From: the human T2T-CHM13v2.0 reference genome, Homo sapiens
Reading direction: 5' to 3' (one strand)
NCBI RefSeq assembly: GCF_009914755.1
Contig: NC_060926.1
Length of the DNA: 64,000 nt
Part shown: one piece after another, positions 1 to 12,885 of the stretch
Position numbering within the stretch: the first letter of the stretch is position 1
Layout of the letters: each line of letters opens with the position of its first letter
The notes under the pieces: generated by a model
Told to the model about the DNA's origin: nothing
What the model saw: the letters and a program-made list of their open reading frames with translations, nothing else
Database searches by the model: none
Program-made: the position numbers and the translations under genes

Positions 1-480
1 ACAAAACTTGTACACGAATGTTCATTGCAGCATTTTTCATGATAGCCCAAAGTGGAAACAACCCAAGTGTCTACAAACTGATGAACGAATAAATAAAATG
101 CGGCATATTCATACCAAGAACTATCCTTTGGCAAGACAAAGAAATGAAATACTGATAAATGGGACAATTGGGGTAAGCTTTGAAAATGTGCTGAGTGAAA
201 AAAAGCCAGACACAAAAGGCCACATATTGTATGACTCTGTTTATCTGAAACATCCAGAACAGGGAAATCTGTAGAGACAGAAAGTAGATTAGTTGTGGCA
301 GGGCTAGAAGGAGAGGGATTTAGGGAGTGATGACTTATGGGTGTGGTGTTTTCTTTTTGGGGTGGTGAAAATGTTCTGAAATTAGATAGTAGTGATGGTT
401 GTACAACTCTGTGAATATACTGAAACTAACTGAATTGTACGTTCTAGAAGGATGAATTTTATGGCATATGCATGGCACCT
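1..480 (+). mobile_element. L1M (L1MB/L1ME-type) 3' end fragment
   Basis: Old L1 3' motifs: tgtacacgaatgttcattgcagca...tggaaacaacccaagtgtc, and gaaaatgttctgaaattagatagtagtgatggttgtacaactctgtgaatatac. Confidence 0.8.
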
Positions 481-1618
481 AAAAAAACCAAAAGAGGGCA
501 GCTGTGTATCCTGGGTTGTTCCTTGCTTCTTGTATGTGTGTTTCTGCAGTCCGGTTGAGCAGCTATGCCTCAACCCTCGGGTCTATCCTGGTCTTGAATG
601 TTCCTGACTGTTGTCTTCAGTCTTGGAACCACACAGCACCGCAGCACAGCCTGCAAGCCTTCCTGGGAAGATTTACACCTCTAGGCTGAGTCTCTGCTAC
701 TGCACTTTCTCCTCCCTCTCAAATGAAACCGCAGTGCCTCTCTGTGTGACCTTCTCAGTCATGCAATGACTTCTCTTTCATTTCCTATAAGCCTCTGAGC
801 TCTGCCTTCTCCTTGCCAATTCCCCTTAGCTCCATCTTCCTTTGGCCGTCCGCCGTTGTGTAAATCTGTAGGGAAATGTCATTCAAAGACAAAACCCACT
901 GCTTATTCTTCTTTCTTAATTGCTCCTTGGGAAATGTTTGCTTCTGTGTTCTTGGTGAAGGAAAGCTTAATTTTGTCTGCTTTTATATCACTAGTCTTTT
1001 CAGATTACACATTCCCAATCAATCACCTCTTGAATCAAGTAATTAGTTTTATTGTATCAGTCTATCCTTCAGAATTTCATTATGCAAATATAAACATGCA
1101 TAAATACATTCATGTTTCCCCGCCTTTTACACAAAAGGAGGCACACTGTTTTGTGCCTTGCTTTCGTTTCACTTACTATGTCTGAGAACTTTTCACATCA
1201 TTATATGGAGAGCTTCCCCTTTCTTTATCAGCTGTGTGAGAGTCCAGTGTCAAGATGGACTGTGTTTGGTTTCATCAGTCTCTGTGGAAGGATCCTGGCT
1301 GACCTGTGTCTTTTGCTTTTACAAACCTTGCTGGATGATCTCACAATCACCTTGTTGCATGCACACGTAGGCAGAGCTGTAGAATAGACTCCCAGTGGGG
1401 CAGTTGCTGGGCAAAGGGTAAATCTCTTTATAATTTTGGCACATATTGCCAGAGTGCCTTCTACAGGGTTCTATCAACTGCTGGGCACTCCTGTCAGCAG
1501 TAAGAGTGGCTGCTTCTCCCAGCCTTTCCAGTAAAATATGTTACCAACATTTGAAGCCAGATGCAGTTGCTCATGCCTGTAATCCCAGCAACTTTGTTAC
1601 TAACATTTGGGATTTCCG

Positions 1619-2071
1619 CAATGGTGTGTGCTAATAAATGTTTAACAACCACTTCTCCAAACAAAACGAAACAAAACAAAACCCAAAACCAAAAAAACAA
1701 GAAGCCCTAATTGTAGTATCTGCTGATTTCCATAGCATAAATACTTCTACCCAGGCCAATTGCAAGCTATCAACATGATGTCCCTGAACACGGAGTTGGG
1801 AAGAGATGGGCCGTAGCACCCACTGTATAGTATTTCTACCACACAGATGCAAGAGATGCAAGTAGCATGGATAATTGTGAAATGTGGTAAAATAATAAGG
1901 AATTTAAGAGTTTTTATTTCCTTTGTATTTGTATGATTTATTTAGTTATAAATTTATATAATTAAATCTTAGCAACAATCTGCATTTAACAACCTACTCA
2001 TAAAACCAGCTCCTAAAAATCTGGTAATTATTCATGGTCAACTGTCAAGAGTCAGCTCCAGCACACTACTG
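1619..2071 (-). mobile_element. MER63-like hAT DNA transposon remnant
   Basis: Imperfect terminal inverted repeats caatggtgtgtgct ... cagcacactactg and internal taaatgtttaacaacc; family from recalled consensus. Confidence 0.6.
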
Positions 2072-2431
2072 CAATGCTGCCAATTTGAAAGGTAGCGAAT
2101 GCCATCCCAATGTAGTTGTCATTTTTATTGTTATTGTTTTACTTGTTTAAGGACGATTTGCATTTCCTTTTCTGTGAAATATGTTTCTGTCCTTCGCACA
2201 TTTATCTACTGAGTTTTATTCTCTTGTTGATTTCTAGGAGATCCTTATACATGAAGCTCCTTCTGCATATCTTTTGTCTGTGTTATAAACTGCAGTGTTT
2301 TTTCCCGGTTTGTTATTTATCTTTTGTGCTTGCCCATGGCATTTTTCTTTTTTTCTTTTTCTTTTTTTGCCATGAAGTTGTTGTTGTTATTGTTTCAAAA
2401 TATAGTTGAATTATTTTTTTCATTTTTTCTG

Positions 2432-2774
<343 letters not shown>

Positions 2775-3160
2775 TGAATAACTAGGAACAACAGGATTAA
2801 ATACATTTTTTTTCTAATCACAATCAAGTTTCACATACTTAAGCAAGTTTCTTATACTCTAAGCAGTCTGTACAATTCCTGTATCTCCTTGGAGTTCATT
2901 ATATTCAATTTTGTCTTTTTCTTTTGAGTCAGATTATTATTTAAAAACCCTCTCTACTTAATGGTATCACAAATATGCATAATATGTTAGAGACAGGCCT
3001 GGCACACTTCAGCTAAAAAGAAGTATGCATAGAGGTTATAAAATATTTATCAAGATACCATCACTAGTTCAGTGGTGGCTAACCCCACCACTTTTCTGTG
3101 ACTAGTATTATTTCCTACTGGGGAGTTTCTTCACTTGTGTTTGACTTCCCATGTGGGCAT

Positions 3161-3529
3161 TGTCTTAGTAATTTTGTGTTGCTGTAACAGAATAGCACAG
3201 ACTAGGTAATTTATAATGAATAGATATTTGTTTGACTTATGGTTCTGGAGGCTGGGAAGTCCAATATTGAGGTACTGCATCAGATAAGGGAAGCTCTCAT
3301 ATGGCAAGAAAGTTTACAGGGGAGAGAAAGAGAGGGCTGACCTTGCTTTTATAACAAATCCACTCTCAAGGTAAAGAATCCACTCCCTCAACAATGACAT
3401 TAATCCATTCCCGATGGCAGAGCCCTCATGAAATAATAATTGCTTAAAGATCCTATTTCTCAACACAGTTGCACTGGGAAACAAGTTCCCAATGCATGAA
3501 CTTTGGGGAACACATTCAAAGCATAGTAG
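3161..3529 (-). mobile_element. MaLR solo LTR (MLT1A/MSTD-like)
   Basis: tgtcttagt...ggttctggaggctgggaagtccaa...gaactttggggaacacattcaaagcatagta. Confidence 0.75.
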
Positions 3530-5502
3530 GCATGTACTGGCTTAGTCCTGCATTGCTCTCTCCATCAGACTTCAAGGCCCAAAGCTCTAAGAATGATGCT
3601 GGAGTGTGGTTTGTGTTCAAGAAATATTAGTTGAGACACCACATTCAAAGGTATGAACCCCTCAGATAGACTTTCATCTGCATCTCCACCATCCCTGACA
3701 ATGCCCATTAACATTTAGTCAGCAGCCACACATTTCCAGCATTACTTGAGAAGCTGTGCATGTGGTCTATGTGGTGTAGCCTCAGAATACGGTCATGCAG
3801 AAAGTTCTAACTCAGTGTATCTAAAAGCCACTTGACCACTTAGAGTGAGCTTTTATTTCTAGCATCTCATTTTTGGTTCTGACTTTAGAAATGTGAAAAC
3901 CAGATCTCAGGTATGATATGTAATTTACCCAAAGTTACCTCATTGCTACTTTGGCTTTTAGTAGTGCGTCTGGCACATAGTAAGTCCTCAATAAAATGAA
4001 GAGCATTTGAGATGACATGATTTTCCCATTTCCCAGTCCAGGGCTCATGTCACTGTCCTATTACAGGTATGACCCAAGATGGTGGTGGCTGGATAGTTTC
4101 CTTCCAAGGTACTCTTTAAGGGGTAGACATGAAAGGCAGTGATCACTCATGCCAACACCCTATGCTTGTAACCTGATCTCCCCCTGGCTGGTAGGCCTTA
4201 TTCTGTCAAGATTTACCCTTAGAAAAGCATATGATAAGTATAACAACTACAAAATATTGAGGGCATATTATATACCAGTTAATGTGCTATGTGTCCAATC
4301 CTCATCCAACCCTGTCTGGTGTTAATATTATTACTGTCATTTTATAGGGGTGCAGAGAGGTTATAGGACTAGTCCAAGACCAGACAGAGGCAACAGTAGA
4401 GCCAGGTGGAAATTCAGGTCTGTCATGGTCACAATGCTCTTTGTCCGTGGGGCATGGAGTTGCCCAATATATTATTGTTTTACAGTCTTTAGACACAGTG
4501 TCTTCGCTTGACAGGAGGCACGTTCCTTTATGTTGTAGGAAATGCACTGAACCTGAATAACTCTACAGGAGAGCTCTCATCCCCCCTTCCAGGTCGTCCC
4601 TGCTCTCAGCCTGCACCTCCCATTTTTTGATCAAGACAGCCTTGAAGTTCTTTATGTCTGTGGAAGGAAGGAGACGGAGCTTGTTTTTCACTTTTGCTGC
4701 CATGATTAATTATTTTTAGGAAAGCATTGTGTCTTTTGAGAGAGGATTGTAAGTGCTGGGAGAATAAATGGATCTTAGAGTGAGCCTTGTGTGCTCCAGA
4801 CTTCCCCAGCTTGATAAACAGCTTCCTGACCAGTGGCTGCCAGTCCCTGGTCTCACTGGACGGACATTGGCTGGGGGCCAATGTCTGAGTTGAATGGCGA
4901 GGACTGGACAGTGCTTCTTCCCAGCCAGTGTGGCAATGAGCCCACTCTTAAGAAGGCGCCTTGGCTTGGGAAAACACATTGCACATTAGATGTTGGTATC
5001 CGCGGCAGGGACCTGAGGCTGGAGTCACTGCCAGGCACCTTCTGGGAGGCCTGGCTTTCCAGCAAGGCCTGCTTCACATTCTCAGGAGAACCAGACCCAG
5101 CATAGGAAATGCCCTATTGCCCAAGAGGAAACCCCATGTCGAGGAACTGATATAATTAGGATACTGATAAAAATTAGAATGAGAAGGGGAGGGCCTAAAT
5201 GAAGGGTCATGGGGTGTACTTTTTAAAAAAAACAAACAAACAAACAAAAAAAACAAACCTTCCTGCCCTTCTCTGCATATGAATATACTACATGCTTATC
5301 CAAGAAAACTTTGAAAAGTAAATAAAAATTTCTTCCAATAATTTCACCCAGAAATTTAACTTCTACTATTTTTAAAGGAGTGTCTTTTGTATGCCAAACT
5401 TCTCCTATTTTTAAATAATATATCATGAAAATCATTTTATTTTGTAAATTGGACCTCAGGTGTATGAAACTGGGTTAATTGTGACCTATGATTCATAGTG
5501 CA

Positions 5503-7764
5503 TGTATTAGTCCATTTTCATGCTGCTGATAAAGTCATACCTGAGACTGGGAAGAAAAAGAGGTTTAATTGGACTTACAGTTCCACATGGCTGGGAAGGC
5601 CTCAGAATCATGGGGGGAGGCAAAAGGCACTTCTTACATGGTGGCAGCAAAAGAAAATGAGGAAAAAGCAAAAGTGGAAGCCCCTGATAAACCCATCAGA
5701 TCTCATGAGACTTATTAACTATCACGAGAATAGCATGGGAAAGACCGGCTCCCATGATTCAAATACCTCCCTGCTAGGTCCCTCCCTCAGCATGTGGGAA
5801 TTCTAGAAGATACAATTCAAGTTGAGATTTGGGTGGGGACACAGCCAAACCGTATCATTCTGCCCCTGGCCCCTCCCAAATCTCATGTCCTCACATTTCA
5901 AAATGAATCATGCCTTCCCAACAGCTCCCCAAAGTCTTAACTCATTTCAGCATTAACCCAAAGGCCACAGATCAAAGTCTCATCTGAGACAAGGCAAGTC
6001 CCTTCTGCCTATAAGCCTGTAAAATCAAAAGCAAGCTAGTTACTTCCTAGATACAATGGGGGTACAGGTATCTATGAAATGGGAGAAATTGGCCAAAACA
6101 AAGGGGTTACAGGGCCCATGCAAGCCTGAAATCCAGTTGGGCAGTCAAATTCTAAAGCTCCAAAATGATCTTCTTTGACTCCAGGTCTCACATCCAGGTT
6201 ATGCTGATGCAAGAGGTGGGTTCCCATGGTTTTGGGCAGCTCCGCCCTGTGATTTTGCAAGGTACAGCCTCCCTCCAGGCTACTTTCACAGGCTTCCATT
6301 GAGTATCTGCAGCTTTTCCAGGTGCATGGTGCCAGCTGTCAGTGGATCTACCATTCTGGGGTCTGGAGGACGGTGACCCTCTTCTCAGAGCTCCACTAGG
6401 CAGTGCTCCAGTAAAGACTCTGTGTGGGGGATCCAGTCCCACATTTCCCTTCTGCACTGCCCTAGCAGAGGTTCTCCATGAGCGCCCTGCCACTGCAGCA
6501 AACTTTTGCCTGAGGATGCAGGCATTTCCATACATCTTAAAGATCTAGGTGGAGGTTCCCAAACCTCAATTCTTGACTTCTGTGCACCCACAGGCTAAAC
6601 ACCACATGGAAACTGCCAAGGTTTGGGACTTCCACCCTCTGAAGTCACAGCCCGAGCTGTATCTTGGCCCCTTTCAGCCATGGCTGGAGTGGCTAGGACA
6701 CAGTGCACCAAGTCCTTAGGCTGCACACAGCACAGGGACCCTGGGCCCAGCCCAAGAAACCACTTTTTCCTCCTGGGCCTCCAGGCCTGTGATGGCAAGA
6801 GGGGCTGCCATGAAGGTGTCTGACATGGCCTGGAGACATTTTCCCCAAGGTCTTGGGGATTAACATTAGGCTTCTTGCCGCTTATGCAAATTTCTGCAGG
6901 TGGCTTGAATTTCTCCCCAGAAAATGGATTTTTCTTTTCTATTGCACAGTCAGGCTGCAAATTTTCCAAACTTTTATGCTGTGCTTCGTTTATAAAGCTG
7001 AATGCCTTTAACAGCACCAAAGTCACCTGCTGAATGCTTTGCTGCTTAAAAATTTCTTCTGCCAGATACCCTAAATCATCTTTGTCAGGTTCAAAGTTCC
7101 ACAAATCTCTAAGGCGGGGCAAAATGCCACCAGTTTCTTTGCTAAAACACAACAAGAATCACATTTACTCCAGTTCCCAAAAAGTTCCTCATCTCTACCT
7201 GAGACCACCTCAGTCTGGACCTTATTGTCCATATCACTATCAGCATTTTGGGCAAAGCCATTCAACAAGCTCTAGGAAGTTCCAAACTTTCCCACACATT
7301 CCTGTCTTCTTCTGAGCCCTCCAAACTATTCCAACCTCTGCCTGTTACCCAGTTCTAAAGTTGCTCCCACATTTTGGGGTGCCTTTTCAGCAATGCCCCA
7401 CTCTACTGGTACCAATTTACTGTATTAGTCCATTTTCACACTGCTGATAAAGACATACCTGAGACTGGGAAGAAAAAAAGGTTTAATTGGACTTACAATT
7501 CCACATGGCTTGGGAGGCCTCAGAATCAAGGCAAAATGCACTTCTTACATGGCAGCGGCAAGAGAAAATGAGGAAGATACAAAAGCAGAAGCTCCTGAGA
7601 AACCTGTCAGATCTTGTGAGACTTACTATCATGAGAATAGCATGGGAAAGACCAGCCCCCATGATTCAATTACCTCCCCCTGGGGTCCCTCCCACAACAA
7701 GTGGGAATTCTGGGAGAGAGAATTCAAGTTGAGATTTGGGTGGGGACACAGCCAAACCATATCA
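5503..7764 (-). mobile_element. Full-length THE1 (THE1C-like) MaLR: LTR 5503-5857, internal 5858-7420, LTR 7421-7764
   Basis: Two direct ~350-bp LTRs (tgtattagtccattttca...ccaaacc(g/a)tatca) flank a THE1-int region; 5-bp TSD GTGCA at 5498-5502 and 7765-7769. Confidence 0.93.
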
Positions 7765-9209
7765 GTGCACTCTCTTCATTTGACCATGCAATGCATGTTT
7801 TTAATAATAAACATCTCCATCCAATATGAAAACTCATACTGTAACTGTGATTTATAAAACCTTTGGCCCAATCTTTTTCCTACAACTACACTTCTCTTTA
7901 TCTACCTTTTATTTTTACTTTTTGCTTACTTGAGCACATGCTATACATGCCCCTTTTTATGCCTCTCAGGAGGTTTACAGTGGTGGAATTTCATCACTCA
8001 GATAGCTTTCCACTCCACGCCCTTTGGATCCCAAAATGGACTGCCCATTTATCTCTTTCTGTGTGAAGGAAGTCAGGGTTAGGAGAGTCATCTGTATATG
8101 CCTCCTCGTTTATCTCTGATTCTTTAGCAAAACCACCCTGAAACCCAGGCAGATGTCAAGTCAGCTTGTCCTTGAGGGTCTCTGCTAAAGGAGAGGCCCC
8201 AGTGGCCACTGCAGCCTCCATAAATCGCTGTGGTCAAGCATGCATCTTGCCATCAGACCAACCACCACCTGATATGTGAAATTCACATTTGTTAATTATT
8301 TGCTAGAAATCTAAGAAGCTGTTATTTATTGTCATGTAGTTGAAAGCCTCTTTCCGCCTCCTCCAGAATTCACTTTTCTTTCTATCTTTCCTCTGATCAT
8401 TGTTTTTATCCTTTGACTGTTCTTTTGTAGTTCTTTTCTTTATTCCTGAATTTATTTAAGTTGCAGATGAGGATTTTGGCTATGTCCACACCCCAGACTT
8501 CACCAGGAAGGTAACTTAGGGTTCCCCAAAATCCAACCAAACTGTTCTCAAATGCAGGAGGAGAACTCTCCCCTTCCCCTCTACCCCTGCCCCCTCATTT
8601 CTTCTCTTACAGGCTTTCCTAGCTCTTTTCCACCCCATGCCCCTTCTGTCTCTCCTTCCATCCTGGGGTTTGTGGTAGAGGATTACCCAGTTGCGGACGA
8701 GTCACATGCCTTATCCAGTGAAAATATTATTGTCTTATGGATGCCAAGAACAACTCCTGAATGTACAAACTATTTTTAATGCTCATTTGAGATTGATAGA
8801 TATCAGGCAAATAATAAAAGTTTCACAAGATTGCTACAAATAAATAATTTTGAAAACAAAACCAACCAAAGCAAAAAACAAACAAACAAAAACAACCTTT
8901 TCTGTTGTGATTAGCATTTTTGCTAAACTCACCTTGGGCTTTTGACTTTCCAGACACTCTCATTGCAGGTGTTTGGAGCTCAGTTCTGTTCCTCCAGGCT
9001 TGTGCGCTCTCCTTGACCCCACCTTTTGTGCGTGTGCTGTCCTTGTCTGAAACCAGCCTGGAGCTCCCTATACAGATGTGTCAAGGTCAGGCCAGGTCAA
9101 GGCTGAGCACAGAGAAAGGAGCTGCTGTAGGAGGCCCACAAGGAATTTTGTTGGATCTGTGAGATCAGTGTATGCTCCAGCCCCTCTGACATATCCAGAG
9201 GAGACAGCC

Positions 9210-9400
9210 TTGAGTTTGGGCCCAGTACTGCCACTTATTAGCTGTGTAAACTTGAAAAAGTCAATTAATTTTGCATAAGTCTAGTGCAATAAGTAAGAGT
9301 CTTCAAGTCATCACCCTGTTGTGATGGATTACATGAGATCAAGCATGTAATGTGTCACCATGATAACTGGCAAAAATAAGTGCTTAGTAAATGCTGACCA
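9210..9400. mobile_element. MIR fragment
   Basis: ctgccacttattagctgtgtaaacttgaaaaagtcaattaa...aataagtgcttagtaaatg, a MIR core-like sequence. Confidence 0.6.
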
Positions 9401-9411
9401 TTCTTCTTCTT

Positions 9412-9416
9412 AACAA

Positions 9417-9451
<35 letters not shown>

Positions 9452-9463
9452 ACAACAACAACA
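9412..9463. repeat. (CAT)n/(CAA)n microsatellite
   Basis: Directly visible tandem CAT run flanked by CAA units. Confidence 0.9.
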
Positions 9464-9921
9464 CTAGGTGCAAGCGCCAGCCCCGGCCAAGGCCAATAGG
9501 CCCTGTGTAGGTTGCGGGCTACCTACTCAGTCTGGATGCTGGTTTCCTGTTCTCCTGCTCCTGTCTTTGCTCTTGACCTGTTTTCTTCTTGCCTCTGCAA
9601 TGGACTCTGCTGCTGGTTGTGCCATCTCCTCAAGGTTGGACCCTTGGAAGCTGACGTATAGCTGGTACCTTCCAGCTACCTCTTCAACACCCCTGCATAG
9701 CTTGAACTCAGGTGACCTGCTCTGCTCCAGGCTCCGAGTCCCCCAGGTGCATTTTCCTGTCCTTGTTCCCACCATGGGCTCAGACAGTGAGTGCCTTGAA
9801 GGCAGGAATAGGGGGTCCTCAACCCATTCCCTGGCCCCTGACAAGCAGCTGGCTGCAGGATGTCCTCCACTACTTGTTAGTCAAATGCATGAAACATTGG
9901 ATGAAGGCAAGAAGGTGAGAT

Positions 9922-10230
9922 AGCCAGGTGTGGTGGCTCACTCGTGTAATCTCAACACTTTGTGAGGCTGAGGCAGGTGGATTGCTTGAGCCCAGGAGTT
10001 TGAGACCAGCCTCGGCAATGTGGCAAAACCCTGTCTCTACAAAAAAAATTTAAAAATTAGCCAGGCATAGTGGTGTATGCCTATAGTCCCAGCTACTTGG
10101 GAGGCTGAGGTTGGGGGATTGCTTGAGCCTGGGAAGCAGAGGTTACGGTGAGCTGAGATCTCACCACTGCTCTTCAGCCTGGGCGACAAAAAAGAGAATG
10201 TCTCAATAAATAAATAAATAAATAAATAAA
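9922..10230 (+). mobile_element. Alu (AluJ/S) with (TAAA)n tail
   Basis: agccaggtgtggtggctcac...cagcctgggcgacaa followed by taaa repeats. Confidence 0.9.
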
Positions 10231-10297
10231 TTAGTTAATTAATTAATAAAGGAGAGATAGGAACCTTCTCCTTTGTTGAATCCAAGTTTAGTAGGAT

Positions 10298-10433
10298 GTT
10301 CCTTTCTTTTCTCTCTCTTTCTTTTTCTCTCTTTCTCTCTCTCTCTTTCTTTCCTTTCTTTCTTTCTTTCTCCTTCCTTCCTTCCTTCCTTCCTTCCTTC
10401 CTTCCTTCCTTCCTTCCTTTTTTCTTTCTTTCT
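10298..10433. repeat. Polypyrimidine tract (CT/CTTT/CTTC)n
   Basis: ~135 bp almost entirely C/T, including (cctt)n. Confidence 0.9.
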
Positions 10434-10578
10434 TGACAAGATCTCACCCTATCATCCAGGCTGGAGTACAGTGGTACAATCATAGCTCACTGCAGCCTTC
10501 AGCTCTTGAGCTTAAACTATCCTCCCACCTCAGCTTTCCAAGTACCTGGGACTCTAGGAGCAAGTCACCATGCCTGGT
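10434..10578 (-). mobile_element. Alu right-arm monomer (AluJ/FRAM-like)
   Basis: caggctggagtacagtggtacaatcatagctcactgcagcc...caccatgcctgg. Confidence 0.8.
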
Positions 10579-10962
10579 GGATGTTCTTTTCTATTGAAAG
10601 TCTAGAGTAATTCATGGCCAATACTTAATTTTAGCAGCTTTGTTCCTTTTGAATGAGCCCTCAAGCCAAAAACATATCCATCTTTTAACAGTTTCATTTA
10701 TTTCCTTTGAAATCACTTCAACTGGATTCAATGCAATGCATTTGAACAGATGTTTACACAGTGTGTTGGGCATTGTTATGGGCACATGACTGAGAAGAGA
10801 ATGGTCAAGTTTCCTGCCCTGGACAGAACTAAAATTTTACCAGGAAGAGAGATGCTGAGCACCTAACTAATAAATACACAGGGTAATTTCATTTTTATAA
10901 GAGTTTCCAAAGCAATTACCATCACCACCAAAGAATCAGGGTAGATTACTGGGTCTCGACAA

Positions 10963-11008
10963 GTGTGTGTGTGTGTGCGCACACGTGCGTGCGCATGCAT
11001 GTGTGTGT
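10963..11008. repeat. (TG/CG/CA) alternating purine-pyrimidine tract
   Basis: gtgtgtgtgtgtgtgcgcacacgtgcgtgcgcatgcatgtgtgtgt. Confidence 0.8.
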
Positions 11009-11290
11009 CTTGGGGAAGAGATAAGGCCTGAATAAGGAGGGACAGCTGTCCTGTGGAGATCTGGAGAAGATTATTGTAGTAGAGGAATGGCAAGTTCAAA
11101 GGCCTGGAAGTGGTAGCAGAGTCATTGTGTTTCAGGGGCAGAAAGGAGGCCAGCGTGCCTGGGTGCCAAGGGAAGGAGGTGAGGGTGAGGAGGCGGACAG
11201 GCATCTCAAGTGCATGGAGAGCCACCTCTTCTTGGGTCCCCAGTCCAGGGCACTTTCTTTGGACCCAGGATGTAGGTACTGACAGCTGCC

Positions 11291-12885
11291 ATGAATCTCG
11301 GAGTTGTCAGCATTCACAGCAAAGGGCATTTCCAGGCTAAAATCTAAGTAAACAAGCTCCAGAACAAAGAAGACACCATGTTCAAAGTGTGTGAAAATGG
11401 ATAACAAATAGGAAACATTTAAAAACAAGCACTTTGTGGAAAACCATGTTTCCTTGATGTGCTTTCTGTCATGGTATCTGAAACACTGCAAAAGGACATT
11501 GAAGATCTGGGAGGGAGAGTTGACAATCTTCCCAAATAAGATACAGTTATCTTATTTCAAATAAAAAGGAAGCAAAATTGGCACAAGTTTGGGTCAAATT
11601 TCTCCTGTGCCAAGTCTAGAATCAGCAGGTAGTGCTGAAATCACTGTCCCACATCCCAGACATAGTGAGCATTCTTTTAAGGCTCCAGGCTCAAGTGTGT
11701 GCAAACAGAGGGAAATTACACTTGAAAAAAAAGATCAAGGACCGTGAATTAGATACAACCTTGGACAACAAAAGCAGCAACCATGAAAGGTTGTATGTAC
11801 TTAAGAAGTCAAACACTTCTGGGAAAGCTGTGGGGAAGAGAGTTGGTATATGGGAAAAAAGTGGTAAACTCAAAACGCCTTTTGTATGGAGAAAGGCATT
11901 GGCCAGCTTTAAAGGCACTGCAGCATCAGTTGAGCAAGTGCTTTTAATAAATTACTCTCTTTTGTAGCTCTGTACTTTTTCTGATATGGATAAGCTATCT
12001 AGCATCCAAAGCAAACTCATCTTAAACCAAGAATTCAAACAAATGATAATAAAGATGGTAGAATGCCTATTCCACTCCATTTGAAAGAGATGCACAAAAG
12101 AAAATGGTAGGTGTTGCTTGCAGGAGTGTGATAATAGTGTTGCTCTTCTAAACTGGCAACTTTATGAGTAGATCATCAAAGCCAAGGTATTTTACTTTGT
12201 GGAATAAGAAACGATCACACCGAAAATAATAAAATTCAGCACTGCAGGTTTTCTGCCCTTTATAAATGTTTTTCAAAGACGGAACCGAAAGAATAGCTTG
12301 AGTGATAACAAGCTTTTCAGAAGGAGCTCTGGAAATTAATATGGGACAGGTGATGGAGCAAGACTTTCAGCATGAAGAAGCCCAGGAACTGGGAAAACAC
12401 AAGTCTTTACTTCAGAATCACCCCATAGCCTCCAAGTAGTGTGTTGCAGGTTGAATCTAGCTGAAAATGGCATAAAACAGAATATTAATAGCTATATCCA
12501 CATATCACTAAACTAGGTACATTCTTGATGTTCCTGAATATAAGGAGATTATAAATTAAAATGATTCTGAAAAACTACAGACATTGATGCAAGTTTCTAG
12601 TTTCAACCAGGATAATATCACATCTCACCTCAAACAAAAGGCATTTTCTTCAGAAAGGAACTAAAAAAAAATGGCCTTTATTCTATACTTGCTTATGGTT
12701 CTGGTTTAAAAACAAAAACAGGTTCCAGAAGACTACTTATTCAAAGACCCTGCCCCACATTCCTCTTGAGGATCCCAGTGAATGTGGCACTGATAATATG
12801 AATGGTTTACCTTCCGTGAGATTGCATTGAGGGGGGAAATATTCTTAGAAATAAAATTTTTAAAAAGAAAATATGATGTAAATTG
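11291..12885 (+). pseudogene. DBF4P3: Processed pseudogene of DBF4 (CDC7 kinase regulatory subunit), heavily degraded
   Basis: gctgccATG at 11291 gives MNLGVVSIHSKGHFQ (DBF4: MNSGAMRIHSKGHFQ). Collinear, intronless DBF4-like peptides follow: SETLQKDIEDLGGRV, YLISNKKEAK, ISPVPSLESA, VCANRGKL, LYVLKKSNTSGKAVGKRVG, GKLKTPFV, INYS, plus C-terminal remnants near 12.7-12.88 kb. Many stops and frameshifts. The DBF4 parent is confident; the specific pseudogene number is recalled and unverified. Confidence 0.88.

Noticed and set aside
6072-7315. ORFs up to 186 aa
   Set aside because: They lie within the THE1 internal region and are fragmented remnants rather than host genes.
11632-11967. 111-aa ORF as a functional DBF4-like protein
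   Set aside because: Only a frame-preserved fragment of a multiply disrupted pseudogene, with a non-ATG start.
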